64,000 nt of DNA from an uncultured beta proteobacterium. GTDB taxonomy: Bacteria > Pseudomonadota > Gammaproteobacteria > Burkholderiales > Burkholderiaceae_C. This document shows positions 1 to 13,298 of this stretch, in pieces. Every line of letters begins with the position of its first letter. Position 1 is the stretch's first letter. Both the position numbers and the translations under genes were made by a program. The stretch is from NCBI GenBank assembly GCA_963778525.1, contig CAVZUJ010000009.1, positions 589,112-653,111 of the forward strand, read 5' to 3'. The notes beneath the pieces were generated by a model. The model was not told the DNA's origin, did not search any database, and saw nothing but the letters and a program-made list of their open reading frames with translations.

Positions 1-1391
1 AAGGCGAAGCCGCGCTCGGGATCGACGAGCAGGGTGGCGGCGAGCGCCGGTGCGAACGGCGCCGATTCGGCCAGCTCGCGGCGCCAGTTGTCGCGCTGCC
101 GGATGTCCGGATCGGTCCAGTGGCCGGTGACGGGGGAAGGTTCCATGAGGCGCGCATGCAGGGGCACGTCCGGAAGATACTCGCCGGCGAAGAGCACCGG
201 TTCGCCCGGGGCGCGCAGGCGGGCGAGCTCGCGCGCCAGCGCGGTGTTGTCGCGCTGGTAGGTCAAGGTCGAGCCGACGACGGCCGCGATGCAGATCAGC
301 ATCGCGAGCACGAGACTCGCCAGGGTGGCGCGGTGCATCGTCGTGCTGCCGTCGCGGCCGCGCGCGACGACCGCGTCGCCGATCAGCCAGGCGAGCGGAA
401 ACAGCACGGCCATCACGTAGCCCGGCGGCTTCGATTTCGGGATCGAGAAGAAGACCAGGACGACGAGAAGCCAGGTCCACATCAGCTGGCGCCAGAGCAT
501 CGCCTCTGTCGATTCGCCCGGGCGGCCCTTGAAGGTGGACCGCAACAGCCAGAGCGACCAGGGCAGCGTCATCAGGGGCAGGATGGCAATGAAGAACCAC
601 CACGGATGGACGTTGTTGAAACCGCCTGCGGCGAAGCGCTCGAAGTGCTGGTAGACGAAGAAATAGTGCGCGAAGCCGGGGTACTGCGTCTGCACGGCGA
701 CGAACCAGGGCACGACCACGAGCGCGAAGAGGAGCAGGCCGAGCGGCGAGAACAGGACGAGCAGTCGGCGCGGCTGGCGCGTCGCGAGCAGCCAGACGAT
801 GACGACGAAGCCAGGCAGCACGATGCCGATCAGGCCCTTGGCCAGCACGCCGAATCCGGCCGCGGCCCAGGCCGCCACCATCGCGCCGCGATGGCGTCGT
901 TCGGCGCGGCGCAGCAGCACGGCGTGGGCAGACAGCACGACGGCGAGCGCCATGAAGCCGGCGACGAGCATGTCGAGGTTCGCAAACTGCGCGCCACCGA
1001 AGAAGAACGGCATCGTGGCCAGAACCAGCGAGGTCCAGCGGGCGATGCGCTCGCCGGCCCACTGGCGCGAGATGAAGTACAGGCCCAGGCCGCCGAGCAT
1101 GGCGCCGAGCAGCGGCGCGAAGCGGGCCGCCGCCGCGTTCGTGCCGAAGGCCTGCATCGAGAGCGCGGTCAGCCAATAGAACAGCGGCGGCTTGTCGAAG
1201 AAGGGCAGGCCGTCCTGCGTCGGCACCAGCCAGTTGCCCGAGCGGATCATTTCCCACGCGACGCTGACGTAGCGGCCCTCTTCGGGCAAGGTCAGCGGGC
1301 GCAGCCAGATCGTGCAGGCCAGCCAGGCGAATGCGGCGAGCGCGCCGGCCAGCACCGGCCGGCGCCGGTACCCGAGCGCGTCAAGCGGCAT
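1..1391 (-). CDS. ArnT-like / family-39 glycosyltransferase (PMT_2 superfamily), partial - the 3' end runs off the window start
   Basis: Manual minus-strand translation from the ATG at ~1389-1391 gives MPLDALGYRRRPVLAGALAAFAWLACTIWLRPLTLPEEGRYVSVAWEMIRSGNWLVPTQDGLPFFDKPPLFYW... The DKPPL motif and many hydrophobic helices match the ArnT/PMT family. It is absent from the ORF track because there is no stop codon inside the window. Its start overlaps the NUDIX stop by about 11 bp. Confidence 0.6.
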   Translation of the reverse strand, partial: MPLDALGYRRRPVLAGALAAFAWLACTIWLRPLTLPEEGRYVSVAWEMIRSGNWLVPTQDGLPFFDKPPLFYWLTALSMQAFGTNAAAARFAPLLGAMLGGLGLYFISRQWAGERIARWTSLVLATMPFFFGGAQFANLDMLVAGFMALAVVLSAHAVLLRRAERRHRGAMVAAWAAAGFGVLAKGLIGIVLPGFVVIVWLLATRQPRRLLVLFSPLGLLLFALVVVPWFVAVQTQYPGFAHYFFVYQHFERFAAGGFNNVHPWWFFIAILPLMTLPWSLWLLRSTFKGRPGESTEAMLWRQLMWTWLLVVLVFFSIPKSKPPGYVMAVLFPLAWLIGDAVVARGRDGSTTMHRATLASLVLAMLICIAAVVGSTLTYQRDNTALARELARLRAPGEPVLFAGEYLPDVPLHARLMEPSPVTGHWTDPDIRQRDNWRRELAESAPFAPALAATLLVDPERGFA

Positions 1392-1887
1392 GGTCGGGCG
1401 TGCCGTTCACGCTCGGGTCGGTGAAGATGGTCTCGAGCGGCAGGGCGCGGCCTGCCGCAGCGTCTTCGATGCAGCGCAGCAGCAGCGGGCTGCGATGCCT
1501 TTCACGACAGGCGCGCAGCTCGTCGAGCGTCAGCCACAAGGTGCGGACGATGCCGGCATCGAGCGCCTGTGCGGGATCCGGCTCGCCGGCGACGCCGGCG
1601 AACGCGAAACGCAGATAGGTGATGTCTTCCTTCGTCGCGGCCCGCCGCAGGCGCGTGAGATAGATGCCGACCAGATGCGTCGGCTCGAAAACCCGGGCCG
1701 TCTCCTCGAGGGCTTCGCGCACCACGCCTTGCTGCGGCGATTCGCCGGGGTCGAGGTGGCCGGCCGGGTTGTTGATCTTCAGTCCTTCCGGCGTCTCTTC
1801 CTCGACCAGCAGGTACTCGGTCCGGCCGCCGCGGACGCGGCTGGCGATCGCGGCGACGGTGACGCTCGGCTTCCAGCGTTCGTTCAT
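1381..1887 (-). CDS. NUDIX hydrolase
   Basis: 168 aa ORF with the Nudix box GHLDPGESPQQGVVREALEETA (GX5EX7REUXEEXGU). Confidence 0.8.
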   Translation of the reverse strand: MNERWKPSVTVAAIASRVRGGRTEYLLVEEETPEGLKINNPAGHLDPGESPQQGVVREALEETARVFEPTHLVGIYLTRLRRAATKEDITYLRFAFAGVAGEPDPAQALDAGIVRTLWLTLDELRACRERHRSPLLLRCIEDAAAGRALPLETIFTDPSVNGTPDHAA

Positions 1888-2002
1888 GCGCCGATGCTAG
1901 GGCCTGTCGACGCTGCCGGAGGCCGCGCGCGACGCTGCCGCCTGGCGACCGGGGCGCCCTTTCTTGTAAGCTCCGCGTTCGTCGGCTGGAGGAGACCAGA
2001 AC

Positions 2003-3133
2003 ATGTTGATCGGGGTGCCGCGCGAGACGGCGGCCGGCGAGACGCGCGTCGCGGTCACGCCGGAGACAGCGAAAAAGCTCAAGGCGCAAGGCCACACGAT
2101 CCGCGTCGAGAGCGGCGCCGGCGTCGCGGCGAGCGTCACCGACGACGCGTATGCGGCGGCCGGCGCCGAGATCGTCGATCGCGCCGCGGCCTTCGCCTGC
2201 GACCTCGTCCTCAAGGTGCGTTCACCGAGCCACGACGAGTTGCCGGCGATGAAGCACGGCGCCAATCTCGTCGGCATGCTCAACCCGTTCGACCGCGCCG
2301 GCCTCGAGGCCCTGGCCGCCGCCGGCCTGACCAGCTTCGCGCTCGAAGCCGCGCCGCGCACGACGCGGGCGCAAAGCATGGACGTGCTCTCGTCGCAGGC
2401 CAACATCGCCGGCTACAAGGCGGTGATGATCGCCGCCGACACCTACCAGCGCTTCTTCCCGATGCTGATGACGGCGGCCGGCACGGTCAAGGCGGCGCGC
2501 GTCGTGGTGCTCGGCGTCGGCGTTGCCGGCCTGCAGGCGATCGCCACCGCCAAGCGCCTGGGCGCCGTGATCGAGGCCAGCGACGTGCGGCCGAGCGTGA
2601 AGGAGCAGGTCGAGTCGCTCGGCGCCAAGTTCATCGACGTGCCGTACGAGACGGCGGAAGAAAAGGAAGCCGCCGAAGGCACCGGCGGCTACGCCAGGGC
2701 GATGCCGCAGAGCTGGCTCGACCGGCAAAAGGTCGAGGTCGCCCGAAGAGTCGCCGCCGCCGACATCGTCATCTCCACCGCGCTGATCCCCGGCCGCGCG
2801 GCGCCGGTGCTGGTGAACGAAGAGATGGTCAGGAGCATGAAGCCGGGCTCGGTGATCGTCGACATCGCGGCCGGCAAGGGCCCCGACGGACGCGGCGGCA
2901 ACTGCCCGCTCAGCGTCGCCGACCAGACCGTGGTGGCGCATGGCGTGACGATCGTCGGCGAGACCAATCTCGCGGCCAGGGTCGGCGCCGACGCGTCGTC
3001 GCTCTATGCCCGCAACGTGCTCGATTTCCTGAAGCTCGTGCTGACCAAGGAAGGCGGCTTCGCCGTGCCGATGGACGACGACATCGTCGCCGCCTGCCTC
3101 ATGACCCAAGCCGGTGAAGTGAAAAGAAAGTAG
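2003..3133 (+). CDS. pntAA: NAD(P) transhydrogenase subunit alpha part 1 (dI, alanine dehydrogenase/PNT domain)
   Basis: 376 aa, MLIGVPRETAAGETRVAVTPE...; GGAGGA ribosome-binding site 9-15 bp upstream of the ATG; the stop lies 3 bp before pntAB. Confidence 0.9.
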   Translation: MLIGVPRETAAGETRVAVTPETAKKLKAQGHTIRVESGAGVAASVTDDAYAAAGAEIVDRAAAFACDLVLKVRSPSHDELPAMKHGANLVGMLNPFDRAGLEALAAAGLTSFALEAAPRTTRAQSMDVLSSQANIAGYKAVMIAADTYQRFFPMLMTAAGTVKAARVVVLGVGVAGLQAIATAKRLGAVIEASDVRPSVKEQVESLGAKFIDVPYETAEEKEAAEGTGGYARAMPQSWLDRQKVEVARRVAAADIVISTALIPGRAAPVLVNEEMVRSMKPGSVIVDIAAGKGPDGRGGNCPLSVADQTVVAHGVTIVGETNLAARVGADASSLYARNVLDFLKLVLTKEGGFAVPMDDDIVAACLMTQAGEVKRK

Positions 3134-3136
3134 CGC

Positions 3137-3459
3137 ATGGACATCGTTTCGCACACCGTCATCAATCTCATCATCTTCGTGCTCGCCATCTACGTCGGCT
3201 ACCACGTCGTCTGGACCGTGACGCCGGCGCTGCACACGCCGCTGATGGCGGTCACCAACGCCATCTCGGCGATCGTCATCGTCGGGGCCATGCTGGCCGC
3301 GGCGCTGACGGAGACGACGCTCGGCAAGACGATGGGCGTGCTCGCCGTGGCGCTTGGCCTCGGTCAACGTCTTCGGCGGATTCCTCGTGACGCGACGAAT
3401 GCTGGAGATGTTCAAGAAGAAAGAGAAGAAGGCGCCGCGCGGAGACCGCGGCCAAATGA
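3137..3459 (+). CDS. pntAB: NAD(P) transhydrogenase subunit alpha part 2 (dII-N, membrane); apparent frameshift(s)
   Basis: [73 protein letters not shown] in frame 2, then [25 protein letters not shown] in frame 0. The join needs the loss of one G in 'cttggcc' at ~3356. An in-frame stop that overlaps the pntB ATG (ATGA) is reached only through a third frame. Confidence 0.7.
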
Positions 3460-4908
3460 GCCTCAACCTCGTCACGCTGCTCTATCTCGTCGCGAGCGTC
3501 TGCTTCATCCAGGCCTTGAAGGGCCTGAGCCATCCCACGACCTCGATCCGCGGCAACGTCTTCGGCATGACCGGCATGGCGATCGCCGCGCTCACCACCG
3601 CCGCCCTCATCGTCAAGCTGATCCAGTCGTATGGCCTGTCGGCCAGCGCCGGGCTCGGCTTCGTCGCCCTCGGGGTGGTCGTCGGCGGCGGCTACGGCGC
3701 CTGGCGCGCGCGCACCGTCGAGATGACGGCGATGCCGGAGCTCGTCGCCTTCTTCCACAGCATGATCGGCCTGGCGGCGGTGTTCATCGCCGTCGCCGCG
3801 GCGGTCGAGCCCTATGCGTTCGGCATCGTCGCGCGGCCCGCTGCCGGCGCCCTCGTCGACGCCATTCCCACCGGCAACCGGCTCGAGCTCATCCTCGGCG
3901 CGGCGATCGGCGCCATCACCTTCAGCGGCTCGGTGATCGCCTTCGGCAAGCTCTCGGGCAAGTACAAGATCCGCGTCTTCCAGGGCGCTCCGGTGACGTT
4001 CAAGGGCCAGCACTGGCTGAACCTCGCTCTGGCCATCGCGATGCTGGTGTTCATCGTCGGCTACACGCTGAGCGAAAGCCGCATCGATTTCTACCTGGTG
4101 CTGGCGCTCGCCTTCGTCATCGGCGTGCTCATCATCATCCCGATCGGCGGCGCCGACATGCCGGTGGTGGTGTCGATGCTGAACAGCTACTCGGGCTGGG
4201 CCGCGGCCGGCATCGGCTTTTCGCTCAACAACGCGATGCTGATCATCGCCGGCTCGCTGGTCGGATCGTCGGGCGCGATCCTCAGCTACATCATGTGCAA
4301 GGCGATGAACCGCTCGTTCTTCAACGTCATCCTCGGCGGCTTCGGCGGGGAAGGCGGACCCGCTGCCGGCAAGGCCGAGCAGCGGCCGGTCAAGAGCGGC
4401 AGCGCCGACGACGCGGCCTTCGTGCTTGTCCAACGCCGAGACGGTGATCATCGTGCCGGGCTACGGCCTGGCGGTGGCGCGCGCCCAGCACGCCGTGAAG
4501 GAGCTGGCGGCCAAGCTCACCGAGAAGGGCGTGAACGTGAAGTACGCGATCCACCCGGTGGCCGGCCGCATGCCGGGGCACATGAACGTGCTGCTCGCCG
4601 AGGCCGAGGTGCCGTACGACCAGGTCTTCGAGATGGAAGACATCAACGGCGAATTCGGCCAGGCCGACGTCGCCATCATCCTCGGCGCCAACGACGTCGT
4701 GAATCCGGCCGCGCACACCAAGGGCAGCGCGATCTACGGCATGCCGATCCTCGAGGCCTCGAAGGCGAAGACGGTGATCGTCAACAAGCGCTCGATGGCA
4801 GCGGGCTATGCCGGCCTCGACAACGAGCTGTTCTACATGGACAAGACGATGATGGTCTTCGGCGATGCGAAGAAGGTGGTCGAGGAGATGGTCAAGGCGA
4901 TCGAGTAG
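3456..4908 (+). CDS. pntB: NAD(P) transhydrogenase subunit beta; apparent 1-bp frameshift near 4430
   Basis: [34 protein letters not shown]... (frame 0) continues as ...[29 protein letters not shown]...VKAIE* (frame 1, ORF 4426..4908). The join is at 'cttgtccaac', with an extra C. Confidence 0.85.
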
Positions 4909-4992
4909 GCCACCCGGCCAGGCGGGTGCGACGGGCGAGCCTCGCCGGCAGATGTAATACAATTGGACCGTCCGTATTTCTGGACTTCCACC

Positions 4993-5292
4993 ATGACGCT
5001 TACCGTCCGCCTCGACGCGACCATGGAAGCCGCTCTCGAGCTTCATTGCGCCGAGCGTGGCGTCACGAAAAGTCTGGTCGTCCAGGAGTCGCTGGCCGAA
5101 TACCTGCTCGCCGACAAGGCGCGGCGCGGCGAGGACAAGCGCGAAGGGGCGCCTGGCCGTAGCGCCAGCGACAACTACAAGGCCTTCGCGGAGGCGGGCC
5201 TGATCGGGGGCGGCGAGCTGGGCGGCGTGTCGGCAACCAAGGCGGTCGTTCGGGAACGGGCGATGCAGCGTATTCGTCGCAAGTCGGCATGA
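4993..5292 (+). CDS. Ribbon-helix-helix (CopG-like) antitoxin
   Basis: MTLTVRLDATMEAALELHCAERGVTKSLVVQESLAEYL; its stop overlaps the downstream ATG (ATGA); locally lower GC. An alternative start is at 4963. Confidence 0.6.
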   Translation: MTLTVRLDATMEAALELHCAERGVTKSLVVQESLAEYLLADKARRGEDKREGAPGRSASDNYKAFAEAGLIGGGELGGVSATKAVVRERAMQRIRRKSA

Positions 5293-5750
5293 CAGGCAGA
5301 GTGCCGGCGGCGGCCAGCGCTGGCCGGCAGCCGAGGACCTTCACAGGCGCGCTGCTCGATACGGGCCCGCTGGTCGCCCTGTACGCGCGGGACGATCCGG
5401 CGCATGCCGGTGTCGTCTCATGGCTGGCAGGCTTTCGAGGCGGCTTGCACACGGTCGAGCCGGTCTTGAGCGAGGCCGCGTATTTCCTTCCCGGGCGCAT
5501 GCGGGCGGTCGTGGCCGACCTCGCCGCCAGCGGCAGGCTGACATTGCATCAACCGGATTCGGCGGGCTACGCTCGAATGGCCGCGTTGTTTCGCAAATAC
5601 TCGGATTTCGATCCCGACTGGGCCGATCTCGCCCTGGTCTGGCTTGCCGAGAAAACGGGCATCGCGCGCATCGCCACGCTCGACGTCGCTGACTTCAGCG
5701 TCTACCGCATCCAGGGCCGCAAGCGCTTCGAGCTCGAGCTGCTGCGCTGA
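5289..5750 (+). CDS. PIN-domain toxin (VapC-like)
   Basis: LLDTGPLVALYARDD...ADLALVWLAEKTGIARIATLDVADFSVYRIQG; 4-bp overlap with the upstream RHH gene. Confidence 0.7.
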   Translation: MTGRVPAAASAGRQPRTFTGALLDTGPLVALYARDDPAHAGVVSWLAGFRGGLHTVEPVLSEAAYFLPGRMRAVVADLAASGRLTLHQPDSAGYARMAALFRKYSDFDPDWADLALVWLAEKTGIARIATLDVADFSVYRIQGRKRFELELLR

Positions 5751-5787
5751 CTTGCCTGACCCATGCCCGCCTCGAATGGCTCGACCG

Positions 5788-6520
5788 CGACGCGGCCTAA
5801 TCGGCGACGGCCCTGGATGTCGACGCCAGCCAATCGGCCAGAACGCGATTGACCGCCTGCGGCTGCTCGATGGTCGAGAGATGGCCGCAGTCGCGAACGA
5901 CTTCGAGTCGCGCGCCGGCGGTCCGCGCGAGCCATCGCTTCATGGTCGGCAAGAGGCGTCACCTGGTCCTGCTCGCCGCAGAGGAGCAGTGTCGGCATCT
6001 TCAGGCGGGCCAGATCGTCGAACGACTCGGGCCGCGCCAGCATGGCTCGCTGCTGGTGGCGCTGGCCATCGGCGCCGATGCTTCGCGCCATCGACGCCAT
6101 CAGCTCGACGAGGTCGCTTCGCGCCCGGTGTGCCGGCAGCAGCCAGCGCGCCGGCAACTCGGGGATCAAGGCCTCGATGCCGCCTTCACGGACCTTGGCG
6201 ATGTCGGCAAGGCGGCCGGCACGGCTGGCATCGTTGTCGGCGCTCGCCCGGGTGTCGAGCAGGGCCAGCCGCTCGAGCCGCGGCGCGGCCTGGCGCAGCA
6301 CCTCGAATGCGACGTAGCCGCCGAGCGAGAGCCCGATGAGGGTGAAGCGCGGCGGCGTGCCGGCGAGCAGCGTCGCCGCCATCTGGCGCATCGAGTCCTG
6401 TTCGCGAAAAACGAAGACGCGGCAGTCGTAGTCGGCGGCCAGCACGGCGAGCTGCGCCGCGAAGAGCCGTTCGTCGCACAGATGCGCGCAGGCGAAGGCG
6501 AGGCAGGGGCGCACGCTCAT
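5788..6520 (-). CDS. alpha/beta hydrolase (GxSxG), apparent frameshift ~5935
   Basis: MSVRPCLAFACAHLCDER...LIGLSLGGYVAFEVL...KMPTLLLCGEQDQVTPLADHEAMAR in frame A; the C-terminus ...ARLEVVRDCGHLSTIEQPQAVNRVLADWL* is recovered in a second frame (manual translation). It sits 14 bp downstream of dctM. Confidence 0.65.
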
Positions 6521-6533
6521 TCGATGGCGACGC

Positions 6534-7812
6534 TCAGAACATCAGCTTCGGCAGCCAGAGGCTCAGGATCGGCACGTAGGTGATGATCACCAGGAAGACA
6601 AGCAGCACCGCCGTCCAGGGCAGCGCCGCACGCACGACCCGGCCGATCGACATGCCGGTGATGCCCGACGTGACGAAGAGATTGAGTCCGACCGGCGGCG
6701 TGATCATGCCGATCTCGAGGTTCACGACCATGATGATGCCCAGGTGCACCGGGTCGATGCCGAGGCGCGAGGCGATCGGAAAGAGGATCGGCGCCATGAT
6801 CAGGATGATGCCGGTCGGTTCCATGAACATGCCGGCCACGAGCAGCATCAGGTTGACGACGATCAGGAACTGCCACGGCGCCATGCCCCAGCCGACGATC
6901 ACCTCGGCCACCGTCTGCGGGATGCGCTCCGTGGTGAGCACGTGCGCGAAGAGCAGCGCGTTGGCGACGATGAACATCAGCATCACCGTCACCTTGCCGG
7001 AATCGACCAGCACTCGCGGTACGTCCTTCAGGCCGATGTCGCGATAGACGAAGACGGCGATCGAGGAAGGCATAGACAGCCGACACCGCCGCTGCCTCGG
7101 TCGGGGTGAAGATGCCGCCGTAGATGCCGCCGAGGATGATGACGATCAGCATCAGGCCCCAGAGCGAATCGCGGCCCGAGATGAGGATGTCGCGCAGCGA
7201 GGCGCGCGGCTCCTTGGGCAGCTTGAGGGCGCGGGCGCGAAAGTAGATCGCCACCATCAACATCAGCCCGAGGACGATGCCCGGGACGACGCCGGCCATG
7301 AACAGCTTGCCGACCGAAGTTTCCGTGGCGGCGCCATAGACGACCATGACGATCGACGGCGGAATCAGGATGCCGAGCGTGCCGGCGTTGCAGATCACGC
7401 CGGCGGCGAAGTTCTGCGGATAGCCCGCCTTGACCATGCCGGCGATGACGATCGAGCCGACCGCGACGACGGTGGCCGGCGACGAGCCCGAGACCGCCGC
7501 GAACAGCATGCAGGCCAGCACCGAGGCCATCGCCAGGCCGCCGTGCAGGTGGCCGATGCAGGCGTTGGCGAAGCGGATCATCCGCTTGGCAACGCCGCCG
7601 GTGGTCATGAAGGTGCCGCCGAGGATGAAGAACGGGATCGCCAGCAGCGTGAACTGCTCGGAGGTCTCGTAGAGCGAGAGCGACAGCGAGGCGAGCGAGT
7701 CCTGGGCGAAGAAGAGGATCGTCAGGATCGACGACAGGCCCAGGCCGACCGCGACCGGCATGCCGAGCAGCAGGAACACCGCGAGCATGGCGAAGAGGGC
7801 CAGTGTCGTCAT
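6534..7812 (-). CDS. dctM: TRAP transporter large permease, apparent frameshift ~7075
   Basis: MTTLALFAMLAVFLLLGMPVAVGLGLSSILTILFF...AAVSAVYAF (ORF 6517..8199), then VAVFVYRDIGLKDVPRVL...SLWLPKLMF* (ORF 6534..7073); ATGA overlap with dctQ. Confidence 0.8.
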
Positions 7813-8345
7813 GGCGGCCCCTCCTTCGGCACTTCGCCTTCGAAGAGCTTCATCGCCTCGGCCGCCTCGTCGCCGAGGAGGCGCGCCTTCTCGCCGCGCG
7901 CCAGGCGCCACAGCGTCTGGCCGAACCGGAATGCGAGCAGCGCGAAGCCGAACGGCAGGACCAGGCGCGGTATCCACTGCTGCACCGGCAGGTCTTCCAT
8001 GTCGATGCCGACCTGGTACATCTTGCTCACGTACTGCCAGCCGCCGAACGTGACGATGACGGCGTAGACGATGCACAACGTCGCCGCCACCATGCCGACG
8101 ATGCGCGCCACCTTCGGTCGCAGCGTCTTGATCAGCGAATCGATGCCGATGTGCGCGCCGACGCGCACGCCGTACGACATGCCGATGAAGATCAGCCACG
8201 CCGCCATGACGCCGGTCAGCTCGAGCGCCCAGGTGAAGCTGTAGTTGAAGACGTAGCGGGCGACGACCTGGGCGAAGGTGAGCAGCGTCATCGCCGCCAT
8301 CAAGACGGCGATCAGCCCCTCTTCGAGTCGTTCGAGCCAGCGCAC
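7809..8345 (-). CDS. dctQ: TRAP transporter small permease
   Basis: 178 aa, MRWLERLEEGLIAVLMAAMTLLTFAQVVARYVFNYSFTWALELTG..., four predicted TM helices. Confidence 0.8.
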   Translation of the reverse strand: MRWLERLEEGLIAVLMAAMTLLTFAQVVARYVFNYSFTWALELTGVMAAWLIFIGMSYGVRVGAHIGIDSLIKTLRPKVARIVGMVAATLCIVYAVIVTFGGWQYVSKMYQVGIDMEDLPVQQWIPRLVLPFGFALLAFRFGQTLWRLARGEKARLLGDEAAEAMKLFEGEVPKEGPP

Positions 8346-8385
8346 GGTCAGGCCAGGGCAGGCGGCGTGCGCCGGCCCGGATCGG

Positions 8386-10897
<2,512 letters not shown>

Positions 10898-10901
<4 letters not shown>

Positions 10902-12103
10902 CGATGTCCTTCCTCGATGGCGCCCTCGGCGCGCAAGGCGGCGATCTCGTCGTCCGAAAAGCCGAGCTCGGCGAGGAGCGCAGCCGAATGCTCGCCGAGC
11001 GCGGGCACCGCGTCCATGCGCGCTTCTTCGCGGTTCGACAGACCCGGTGGCAACAAGGCCGGCACCGGCCCGGCGCTCGTCTGCACGTCGCTCCAGCGGC
11101 CGCGCGCCTGCAGTTGCGGGTGCGCCCACACCTCGGCCATCGTGTTGGCGACGGCATTGGCGATCTGCGCCGATTCGAGGCGTGCCACGACCTGCGCGGC
11201 GCCGAGCGGCGCGAACGCGGCGACGATGAGCGCGCGCAGCTCGCTGCGGGCGGCGCTGCGGGCGGCGTTCGAGGCGAAGCGCGGGTCGTCGGCGAGCCCG
11301 GGCTGCTCGAGCACGCGCTCGCAGAACAGCCGCCATTCCCGCTCGTTCTGCAGGCCGAGCATCACGGTCTTGCCGTCGCCCGCGGGGAACGGCCCATAGG
11401 GATAGATCGTCGCGTGCGCCGCGGCGCTGCGCGGCGGCGGCGCCGCGCCATCGAAAGCGTAGTAGAGCGGGTAGCTCATCCACTCGACCATGCTCTCGAG
11501 CATGGAGATGTCGATGCGCTTGCCGAGGCCGGTGCGGCCGCGCTCGATCAGCGCCGCCAGGATGTTCGAGTAGGCGTACATGCCGGCGGCGATGTCGGCG
11601 ATCGAGCAGCCGGCCTTGGCCGGATCCGCGGGCGTGCCGGTGACCGAGAGAAAGCCCGATTCGCTCTGGATCAGCAGGTCGTAGGCCTTCTTGTCGCGAT
11701 ACGGGCCGGGCCGCTCCGGGTCGTCGCCGTAGCCCGAGATGTCGCACACGATCAGGCGCGGCCGGAGCGCATGCAGCGCGTCGAACGACAGTCCCATGCG
11801 CGCCGCGGCGCCGGGCGCGAGGTTCTGTACCAGCACGTCGGCGCGAGCGAGCAGCCGCTCCAGGACATCGGCCGCGGCGGCGTGCTTCAGGTCGAGCGCC
11901 AGGCTTTCCTTGCCGCGATTGGTCCAGACGAAATGCGACGACAGGCCGCGCACGCGCGTGTCGTAGCCACGCGCGAAGTCGCCGCTGCCCGGCCGCTCGA
12001 TCTTGATCACCCGCGCGCCGAGGTCGGCGAGCTGGCGCGTGCAGAAAGGCGCCGCGATCGCGTGCTCGAGCGCGACGACGGTGATGCCTTCGAGAGCTCT
12101 CAT
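10898..12103 (-). CDS. Family III CoA-transferase (CaiB/BaiF; Ict-like)
   Basis: MRALEGITVVALEHAIAAPFCTRQLADLGARVIKIERPGSGDFARGYD... Confidence 0.85.
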
Positions 12104-12114
12104 GGGGCCGTGGC

Positions 12115-13278
12115 CTAGAAGGAGCGCGGCAGGCCGAGCACGTGCTCGGCGACGTAGCTGAGGATGAGGTTGGTCGAGATCGGCGCCACCTGGTACAGGC
12201 GCGTCTCGCGGAACTTGCGCTCGACGTCGTACTCGTGCGCGAAGCCGAAGCCGCCGTGGAACTGGATGCAGGCGTTGGCCGCTTCCCAGCTCGCCTTGGC
12301 GGCGAGGTACTTGGCCATGTTGGCCTCGGCACCGCACGGCTGGTGCGCGTCGAACAGGGTGCAGGCCCGAAAGCGCATCAGGTCGGCCGCCTCGACCTCG
12401 ATGTACGCCTCGGCGATCGGGAACTGCACGCCCTGGTTCTGCCCGATCGGCCGGCCGAAGACGATCCGCTCGCCGGCGTATTTCACGACCCGGTCGATGA
12501 ACCAGCGGCCGTCGCCGATGCACTCGGCCGCGATCAGGGTGCGCTCGGCGTTGAGACCGTCGAGGATGTAGCGAAAGCCCCTGCCCTCCTCGCCGATCAG
12601 GTTGTCGGCGGGAATCTCGAGCTTCTCGAAGAAGAGCTCGTTGGTTTCATGGTTGACCATGTTGGCGATCGGCCGCACCGTCATGCCGCTTCGTTCCGCC
12701 AGCCGCAGGTCGACCATGAAGATCGACAGGCCGTCGCTCTTCTTCTTCACGTCGGCGAGCGGCGTCGTGCGCGCGAGCAGGATCATCCAGTCGCTGTGCT
12801 GGACGCGCGAGATCCAGACCTTCTGGCCATCGATCACATAGCGGTCGCCGCGCCGGGCGGCGGTGGTGCGGATGCGGGTCGTGTCGGTGCCGCTCTCGGG
12901 TTCGGTCACGCCCATCGACTGCAGCCGCCATTCGCCGCTGGCGATCCTGGGCAGATAGAAACGCTTCTGCGCGTCGCTGCCGTGGCGCAGCAGCGTGCCC
13001 ATGTTGTACATCTGGCCGTGGCAGGCGCCGGCGTTGCCGCCGCTGCGGTTGATCTCCTCCATGATCACGCTGGCCTCGGCCAGCCCGAGGCCCGAGCCGC
13101 CGTATTCCTGCGGAATCAGCGCCGCCAGCCAGCCGGCCTTCGTCAGCGCGTCGACGAAGGCCTCGGGGTAGGCGCGGCGCGCGTCGACGTCGCGGTGGTA
13201 GTCGTTCGGGAATTGCGCGCACAGCGCCCGCACCGCGTCGCGGATGTCCTGGAAGCGATCGGCCCCGGGTGAATGCAT
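12115..13278 (-). CDS. Acyl-CoA dehydrogenase
   Basis: MHSPGADRFQDIRDAVRALCAQFPNDYHRDVDARRAYPEAFVDALTKAGWLAALIPQEYGGSGL...QFHGGFGFAHEYDVERKFRETRLYQVAP. Confidence 0.85.
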   Translation of the reverse strand: MHSPGADRFQDIRDAVRALCAQFPNDYHRDVDARRAYPEAFVDALTKAGWLAALIPQEYGGSGLGLAEASVIMEEINRSGGNAGACHGQMYNMGTLLRHGSDAQKRFYLPRIASGEWRLQSMGVTEPESGTDTTRIRTTAARRGDRYVIDGQKVWISRVQHSDWMILLARTTPLADVKKKSDGLSIFMVDLRLAERSGMTVRPIANMVNHETNELFFEKLEIPADNLIGEEGRGFRYILDGLNAERTLIAAECIGDGRWFIDRVVKYAGERIVFGRPIGQNQGVQFPIAEAYIEVEAADLMRFRACTLFDAHQPCGAEANMAKYLAAKASWEAANACIQFHGGFGFAHEYDVERKFRETRLYQVAPISTNLILSYVAEHVLGLPRSF

Positions 13279-13298
13279 GAAGGCGGTCTCGATGTCGG

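Noticed and set aside
120-3117. Long plus-strand ORFs (120..1424, 1312..3117) rich in Arg, Gly, Ala and Pro
   Set aside because: They are antisense shadow ORFs that arise in high-GC DNA. They overlap the well-supported ArnT-like, NUDIX and pntAA genes and have no recognisable motifs.
3276-4451. 391-aa minus-strand ORF antisense to pntAB and pntB
   Set aside because: Shadow ORF opposite a highly conserved gene; Arg/Asp/Glu-rich, low-complexity translation.
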